From: Candidatus Poribacteria bacterium
GTDB lineage: Bacteria > Poribacteria > WGA-4E > PCPOR2b
DNA length: 64,000 bases
NCBI GenBank assembly: GCA_965208675.1
Contig: OZ242351.1
Coordinates: 3,392,001-3,456,000 of the forward strand
Direction of reading: 5' to 3'
A program made the translations under genes and the position numbers. Positions 58,552 to 64,000 of the stretch are shown here, one piece after another (position 1 is the first letter of the stretch; each line of letters starts with the position of its first letter). A model generated the notes under the pieces. The model saw only the letters and a program-made list of their open reading frames with translations. It made no database searches and was not told where the DNA came from.

Positions 58552-59331
58552 ATGTTAAACAGAAAGTTCGCTATATTTTTCGTCGTTGCCGGTCTAGCCA
58601 CGCTGGCATGGTATACGGCGGGCGCTCAAATCGTCGAAGATGGGCTTGTGAGCTACTGGCGTTTAGATGAAGAAAAGGGCGGCGAAATCCGGGACGAGGT
58701 TGGACCGAACCATGGGACAATCAGAGGCAACCCAAAATTTGTTGAAGGCGTATCCGGAAAAGCCTTGCAGTTTTTTGGGCGCGATGCCGTATTTTTTGAA
58801 AACGTAGGTTTCCCGAATGGGAATGCGGCGACGACATGGTCTGCTTGGTTCAAACGAGAATCCAGTGCTCCATTGTCTCAGTATATTGTTACATACGGCC
58901 AATGGAGAGGACCCGGCGGTGAAGGTTTCGGCATTGGGACTGGGCATAATAGGGCGGATCGGCTCTTTATGACGCAATGGGGCCCGAATTTTGATACGTT
59001 TGGTCCCGATATCACCACGTTCGACGAATGGCACTATGTCACGGCTGTCTATGACGGAAAGCAACATAATACGCTGTATCTCAACGGGGAAGTGGTGGCT
59101 GAAAAAGATCTACACCTCAAGCCAAACGTACCCAATAATAATCAGGGGGTCATTGGAGCAAACACGAACTTCGATGAATCGATGGAGGGTTTCATTGACG
59201 AAGTCGGGCTTTATGATCGCGCCTTAACCGCGGACGAGGTTCTACAGAACTTCAATTCGGACATAGAGTTTGGTGTCGATCCGTCTGGAAAAGTATCAAC
59301 GACATGGGGCAAACTCAAAACAAGACCGTAA
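58552..59331 (+). CDS. Secreted LamG-like jellyroll protein 1
   Basis: Signal peptide; LVSYW, WHYV.AVYDG, LY.NG, G.IDEV.LY.RAL; VDPSGKVSTTWGKLK tail. Confidence 0.9.
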   Translation: MLNRKFAIFFVVAGLATLAWYTAGAQIVEDGLVSYWRLDEEKGGEIRDEVGPNHGTIRGNPKFVEGVSGKALQFFGRDAVFFENVGFPNGNAATTWSAWFKRESSAPLSQYIVTYGQWRGPGGEGFGIGTGHNRADRLFMTQWGPNFDTFGPDITTFDEWHYVTAVYDGKQHNTLYLNGEVVAEKDLHLKPNVPNNNQGVIGANTNFDESMEGFIDEVGLYDRALTADEVLQNFNSDIEFGVDPSGKVSTTWGKLKTRP

Positions 59332-59575
59332 TCCCCATTTTAATTGAACCTTAGCGGCGGCGACCGCCGTTCATTAAACAAGAGCGAATTTTCGCTTGGC
59401 ACGCAAGCAATTGTATGCTAGAATAGCCACATTTCAGATTGACGGTATTTTGCCGGTGGATTTCAGTCCATTAGCGCGGCAAAATTAGACAAACTATCAA
59501 TCATTCCACTTTAATATTTCAGACTTCCGGACTCCTCGAAACGTCGGAGGTCTAAATAGCTTGAGGAGGCACATA

Positions 59576-60337
59576 ATGATGTTTAAAAGCATAGCGGTTC
59601 TTTTTGTGGTGGTAGTAGCGGTCGCGTTTGCTATTACCGCAGGTGCGCAAGTCGTGACAGACGGGCTTGTGAGTTATTGGTCTTTCGAGGATGGCGATGT
59701 CTCAGACCAAGTAGGAACTAACGACGGCACAGTCGTGGGCGATCCTGAGACAGTAGCCGGTCACGTCGGCGCGAATGCTATGAAATTCGACGGGGATGAT
59801 GCTATAACTTTCCCCATGGACGGTTTCCCCACCGGAAACGAGCCGAGGACCTTTTCGGCTTGGTTTAAGAGAGAAGTCAGCGACGGCGGTGCGTCTCAGT
59901 ATATTGCTGCATATGGGACTTGGGACGGGAAAGGCAACGGCTTTGGAGTAGCGACTCGCGGCGGCGATCAGATATTTATTGCCCAATGGGGGCTTGATAC
60001 GGTAGGTCCTACGGTTTCTCTAGGGGAGTGGCACTATGTGGCGGCTGTCTATGATGGAACTGCGGATATTATATATCTGGACGGAGCAGAGGTCACAAAC
60101 AACGTTTTAGGTGAACCCATAAACACCCAAATGGGTAACGGTGCCATTGGAGCCAATCCTGACCCTAATGAATTCATGGAGGGTTTGATTGACGATGTCG
60201 GTCTTTATAACCGCGCACTCAGCGCTGAAGAAGCCACACAGAATTATGAGGCGCGCGCCGGACTGGAGTCAATGACCTCCGTAGAGACGGCTGGAAAACT
60301 CACGTCCACATGGGCGAAAATGAAGAGCGGCAAATAG
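59576..60337 (+). CDS. Secreted LamG-like jellyroll protein 2
   Basis: Paralogue of 58552-59331; VETAGKLTSTWAKMK tail. Confidence 0.9.
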   Translation: MMFKSIAVLFVVVVAVAFAITAGAQVVTDGLVSYWSFEDGDVSDQVGTNDGTVVGDPETVAGHVGANAMKFDGDDAITFPMDGFPTGNEPRTFSAWFKREVSDGGASQYIAAYGTWDGKGNGFGVATRGGDQIFIAQWGLDTVGPTVSLGEWHYVAAVYDGTADIIYLDGAEVTNNVLGEPINTQMGNGAIGANPDPNEFMEGLIDDVGLYNRALSAEEATQNYEARAGLESMTSVETAGKLTSTWAKMKSGK

Positions 60338-60346
60338 CCAACTCTA

Positions 60347-60378
60347 AACCTTCGGAAGGTCTTGAACCTTCCGAAGGT
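60347..60378. terminator. Inverted repeat between convergent genes
   Basis: ACCTTCGGAAGGT CTTGA ACCTTCCGAAGGT followed by ATTTTT. Confidence 0.55.
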
Positions 60379-60454
60379 ATTTTTACCAAACCTTAAGAAA
60401 TCCTTCCCGACTTTTCTTCCCAACGTCTCCGACATACCTACCAAGCCGATGCGG

Positions 60455-61294
60455 TTACGCGCCATTAACTTGGTCGACAATCTCTCTGATTGGCGCAAGA
60501 GCGACGCTCACATCGCTCACGGTCGGAAAACACTCGAGTCCGAGATAACCTTCGTAACCCGCCCTCTTCGCTACTGTGAGAAAGTTCAGATAATTAATTT
60601 CGCCGGTGCCGGGTTCGTGGCGACCGGGTACGTCGGCGACATGGATGTGGCGAATCAGGTCAATGTCTTGCGTAAGGCTGTTTATCAAATTACCTTCGTT
60701 GATTTGATGATGGTAAGCGTCAAACGTCAATGCGACCGCCGGGCTGTCCACTTCTCTGACGATTGATACTCCTTCCCGCCAAGAGGCAAGGTAGTAGTCC
60801 GCATGGTCGACCAATGTGTTAAGGCATTCCATCACGAGGGTCATTCCCTCTCCCTCCGCAATTGGCGCCACGGTTTTCACGGCGCGGACAATGTTGTCAC
60901 GTTGGCGGCGGCGAAGGTCGCGTTGTTTCTGGTCGCGCTGGTATTCGTACCAAGGCTGTCCGGGCGTCCATTTCACCTCTTCAACCAGCAGACCCAACAA
61001 CGAACACCGCATTTGCCGGGCTAACTGACATGAATGGCGTACGGATTGAATTAAGGCATCGATCTGGTTTCCGTCGAGCAAACACAGTCTGGGCTGAACA
61101 CTAATATTTGCGACAACCAAGTTGTTTCGCGTAACTCGTTCAGCGATGGTTGACATGTCCACTTCACCCGATGTCGCTTCCGGGTCAGGACCAAATTCGA
61201 GTGCGGACAGACCGAGTTCGGCCACTGCGTCAATGCGGTCAACGAATTCGCGGTCACGGAACATGAATTCAATATTCGCCGAAAGTTGCAGCAT
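60455..61294 (-). CDS. Hydroxypyruvate isomerase-like TIM-barrel protein
   Basis: LSANIEFMF, E.LN, D.YH.Q..EG, H.ADVPGRHEPGTGEINY and GLE motifs. Confidence 0.88.
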   Translation of the reverse strand: MLQLSANIEFMFRDREFVDRIDAVAELGLSALEFGPDPEATSGEVDMSTIAERVTRNNLVVANISVQPRLCLLDGNQIDALIQSVRHSCQLARQMRCSLLGLLVEEVKWTPGQPWYEYQRDQKQRDLRRRQRDNIVRAVKTVAPIAEGEGMTLVMECLNTLVDHADYYLASWREGVSIVREVDSPAVALTFDAYHHQINEGNLINSLTQDIDLIRHIHVADVPGRHEPGTGEINYLNFLTVAKRAGYEGYLGLECFPTVSDVSVALAPIREIVDQVNGA

Positions 61295-61368
61295 CTTATC
61301 TCCTTTTTGAAACATACTACAATTTAAATTTAAGGCGAGCCATGTCTTGTTAGGCGCATGACTTCAAC

Positions 61369-62283
61369 TTAGGCGAGTTCCTGTTTCGACCACACGCGCT
61401 CATCGGTGATGTCACCGGGAAAGCCTCGAACGACGCCGTCAAGCCCTTTGTGCGGGCTGGGCCAGCACTGCCCGCCCATTACCGCGAACTCGCCGCCTTT
61501 CCCGCACAACCAGAAGAAAAGTTCAGCGGCGTCGTTGCAGTCTCTGGTGGGCGGCCGCGTGGTGGGGCGATCGAAGAACTCATAGTCTGCAGTTCGTAAA
61601 TCGAAATCCGGTTCAATAACCCAATCTCGGACCGGCGGCGTCGTCCGCCAATAGTTGAAGCGGAACAGATGCCGATAGCCCTTTGCCGTTGACGGGGTGC
61701 GGCGGTGCCACAGGTTGTATGACATAATCAGGATAGAGCCGGCTGGCGCGTCGGGCGGGCCAAAATACACGGTTCCCTTGAGATTGCCGTAATGGCCAAC
61801 GGGCGCGGAGGCTAGATGATGGGAGCCCGGCAGAATCGCCGTGGGGCCATTCTCCATGGGCACGTCATCCGGGTGGTAGAAGACTTCGAGGTAGTTCAAT
61901 TTCTTTTCAAGTACGTAATTCCCGTCGCGGTGCCATCCTCCCGGCTTCGGCATGGGTATTTCTGCGCGGTGGTCGCTGATAATGTTGGGGAGCGTAAAGC
62001 CTCTCCCAAGCAGCGACCGTACCGCCCCGGCTGCTTCAGTGTTGAGCAAGACATGCTCGACGAACCAATCCTCCTCCAAGAGTGGAAGGTGAAATTCAAT
62101 CTCGCCTGATCGCCGCGGCGCCCGGTATTCGGGCCGAGTCTCCGCAATTTCGTTGGTGTATTGTATAACTCGCCGGTTAATCTCATCCGGCACGACCGCC
62201 GGAAATAATATGTAGCCTTTCTTGCAGAAATCGAGAATCTGGGAGTCGGTCAATGTTGCGCGAATATCATCCGTAGTTCTCAT
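61369..62283 (-). CDS. PhyH-family Fe(II)/2OG dioxygenase
   Basis: WHRDG, GPT.ILPGSH and LWH motifs; paralogue of 57341-58186. Confidence 0.88.
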   Translation of the reverse strand: MRTTDDIRATLTDSQILDFCKKGYILFPAVVPDEINRRVIQYTNEIAETRPEYRAPRRSGEIEFHLPLLEEDWFVEHVLLNTEAAGAVRSLLGRGFTLPNIISDHRAEIPMPKPGGWHRDGNYVLEKKLNYLEVFYHPDDVPMENGPTAILPGSHHLASAPVGHYGNLKGTVYFGPPDAPAGSILIMSYNLWHRRTPSTAKGYRHLFRFNYWRTTPPVRDWVIEPDFDLRTADYEFFDRPTTRPPTRDCNDAAELFFWLCGKGGEFAVMGGQCWPSPHKGLDGVVRGFPGDITDERVWSKQELA

Positions 62284-62286
62284 TGC

Positions 62287-62658
62287 TCATCTCCACTTTT
62301 CAAGCACAAACTCGCCGCCGACCTCATAGGTCCGCGTTTCATCGATCCACAGGGCGAGTTCGGGAAATTTTATTACACGCCAACCGTCTTGGATGGCATC
62401 AATTACGTTTTTGTACGGCCAGTCCTCCGGACGCAATGGGCCTTCGCTCATTTCGCCGTTGTCCAGCATCAACATGCCGATAACACCTGAATTAATCGTC
62501 CACCCTTCCACCCGCAGGAACAACAATTGTTGCCGGGGCGGGTGTTCTTCCATGGCTTGGAGTATTCCATTCAGACTAGCCTCCGTAAGAATTCCTTGCG
62601 CAAATTCCTCTTTACATCGATCGACTTGCGCCTTGATTTTACTGTATTCCTCCATCAT
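62287..62658 (-). CDS. Hypothetical protein in operon with PhyH
   Basis: 123 aa; overlaps the AKR end and stops 3 nt before the PhyH start. Confidence 0.75.
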   Translation of the reverse strand: MMEEYSKIKAQVDRCKEEFAQGILTEASLNGILQAMEEHPPRQQLLFLRVEGWTINSGVIGMLMLDNGEMSEGPLRPEDWPYKNVIDAIQDGWRVIKFPELALWIDETRTYEVGGEFVLEKWR

Positions 62659-63646
62659 CCTTCCCTTTGTGAGCTATCATGAATCCTCTACTGTTGCTAA
62701 GGTAGTTCTTCCCATAATCATCATAGAGTGTTGCGGGGGTATTCTCAAGAATCGTATCGATTCGATCGAGTTCGTCAGTGGTGAACGAGGCACCTGCCGC
62801 ACCGAGATGCTCCGTGACTTGATTGGTGTGCTTTGCGCCGACGAGTACGCAACTCACCGACGGCAACCGCAGCAGCCACCCGACTGCCATTTGAATCAGT
62901 GAGAGGCCTTTGTCCGCCGCTATCTGTTTAAGTTGATCGGCAACATTGACGTAATGGGCAAACGGCTCCCCGCGGAAACGTGTAAGGCGTGCACGCTCGT
63001 CGTCTTCCGGGAATACGTGACCTACTCGGTAGCGTCCGGTAAGCAATCCTTTCGCTAACGGACTGTGAGCCATGACGCCGATTCCGTTACGTTCGCAGAA
63101 GGGGAGCACCTCCGGTTCTACGCGGCGGTCGAGCATGTTATAGCGCGGCTGGTTCGTATGGAGGGGGGCGGTCTTCAGGGCTTCCTCCATATGTTCGACC
63201 CAGAAGTTTGAAACGCCAATATAGCGTGTCTTGCCCTGTTCTCGAAGCCGTTCAAGGGCTTCCATTGTCTGATCAATTGGAAAGGAAGGGTCAGGGTGGT
63301 GAATCTGATAGAGGTCTACGTAATCTACATTCAGTTTGCGCAGACTGTCTTCCATGGCGGCGTAGATTGCCGGCGGCGAGTAGTCATTGTCCTGTTCGCG
63401 CCATACCTTGGTGGCGAGGAAACACCGATTACGGTATCCGTCCTTCAGCGCCTTGCCCAGCCGTTCCTCACTCACGCCGTACACTTGCGCCGTATCAATG
63501 AGATTGATGCCGTTATCAATAGCGGCTCGTGTAATTGAGATTACGCTCTGATCGTCAATGGCTCCCATACCGCCGCCGAAGGGCCAGGTGCCAAGCCCTA
63601 TAGCGGACACCTTGGTTCCGTCTCTCGTAAGTTGTCTGTATTCCAT
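62639..63646 (-). CDS. Aldo/keto reductase
   Basis: IGLGTW, IDTAQVYG, LATK, DLYQIH, IGVSNF and SPLAKGLL motifs. Confidence 0.95.
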   Translation of the reverse strand: MEYRQLTRDGTKVSAIGLGTWPFGGGMGAIDDQSVISITRAAIDNGINLIDTAQVYGVSEERLGKALKDGYRNRCFLATKVWREQDNDYSPPAIYAAMEDSLRKLNVDYVDLYQIHHPDPSFPIDQTMEALERLREQGKTRYIGVSNFWVEHMEEALKTAPLHTNQPRYNMLDRRVEPEVLPFCERNGIGVMAHSPLAKGLLTGRYRVGHVFPEDDERARLTRFRGEPFAHYVNVADQLKQIAADKGLSLIQMAVGWLLRLPSVSCVLVGAKHTNQVTEHLGAAGASFTTDELDRIDTILENTPATLYDDYGKNYLSNSRGFMIAHKGKDDGGIQ

Positions 63647-63743
63647 AATACAGGTCCGTGATAGTTCCCATGAAAGTGATAATCAACGGGAAAACTCTGA
63701 GTCTGTTGCCGCGTGCGCCCTTACCGCGAATTTGCACGACACA

Positions 63744-64000
63744 TCAGGATGCCCGGAACTCCAGAAATCCGCCGATGGCTTTGTAGCCTGAAGGTTCTAG
63801 CACGATAATGGTCGAGCGCCCTACAGCGGATTTCGCCATCGGGAGGGTGACGGTATGGTGCCGTGCGATATAAACGGTAGCGCGTGGGTGGCGATTGATA
63901 AAAACATCAACCGGCTTCATCCGACCAGCATCGGGACCGCCTAGCGGAGGCACGGCATAGTGCATCGGCACAATCCATGTCGGCTTTAGGAACTCAATCA
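63744..64000 (-). CDS. 3' end of a probable MBL-fold metallo-hydrolase (partial)
   Basis: Frame open from the right edge: IEFLKPTWIVPMHY, typical of the C-terminal PMHY motif. Confidence 0.65.
   Translation of the reverse strand, partial: IEFLKPTWIVPMHYAVPPLGGPDAGRMKPVDVFINRHPRATVYIARHHTVTLPMAKSAVGRSTIIVLEPSGYKAIGGFLEFRAS

Noticed and set aside
59396-59415. sigma54 promoter before the second LamG gene
   Set aside because: TGGCACG is present but there is no GC at the required GG-N10-GC spacing
1-64000. tRNA (including tRNA-Sec) or rRNA genes
   Set aside because: None recognised by eye; a tRNAscan or Infernal run would be needed to exclude them

Overview
Bacterial chromosomal window. The gene content points to a marine sponge symbiont of Candidatus Poribacteria type (inference): tandem LamG proteins with a C-terminal 'GK(L/V)xxTWxKxK' tail, several PhyH-family dioxygenases, an FGE/SUMF1-domain protein and an ankyrin protein. 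Main blocks: (i) 0.2-10.6 kb, nucleases, an IS3 relic, retropepsin, rmuC and small enzymes; (ii) 11-24.4 kb, a ZraS/ZraR-like two-component system with a visible sigma54 promoter and tandem enhancer sites, upstream of a YHS + 2xTolC + CusB + CusA metal-efflux operon; (iii) 30.2-31.8 kb, two in-frame ORFs that join through a TGA into one protein closely matching animal selenoprotein N (SCUG motif, SECIS-like hairpin); (iv) 31.9-51.8 kb, a defence-rich region with a translationally coupled TIGR04255-like/unknown/ART-like triad, a type III R-M system with a PARIS-like ATPase+TOPRIM pair between res and mod and a 1207-aa orphan coupled to mod, and a frameshifted Cys-rich RelE-like TA pair; (v) 52-64 kb, tkt, a divergent fumC, LamG and PhyH genes. 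Non-coding structure includes a 224-bp MITE present twice and inserted both times into the same REP-type hairpin, an IS5-type MITE, a promoter-bearing dispersed repeat, and two promoter-stem-terminator cassettes that look like sRNA genes. All family calls are from motif recognition by eye; no database search was run.
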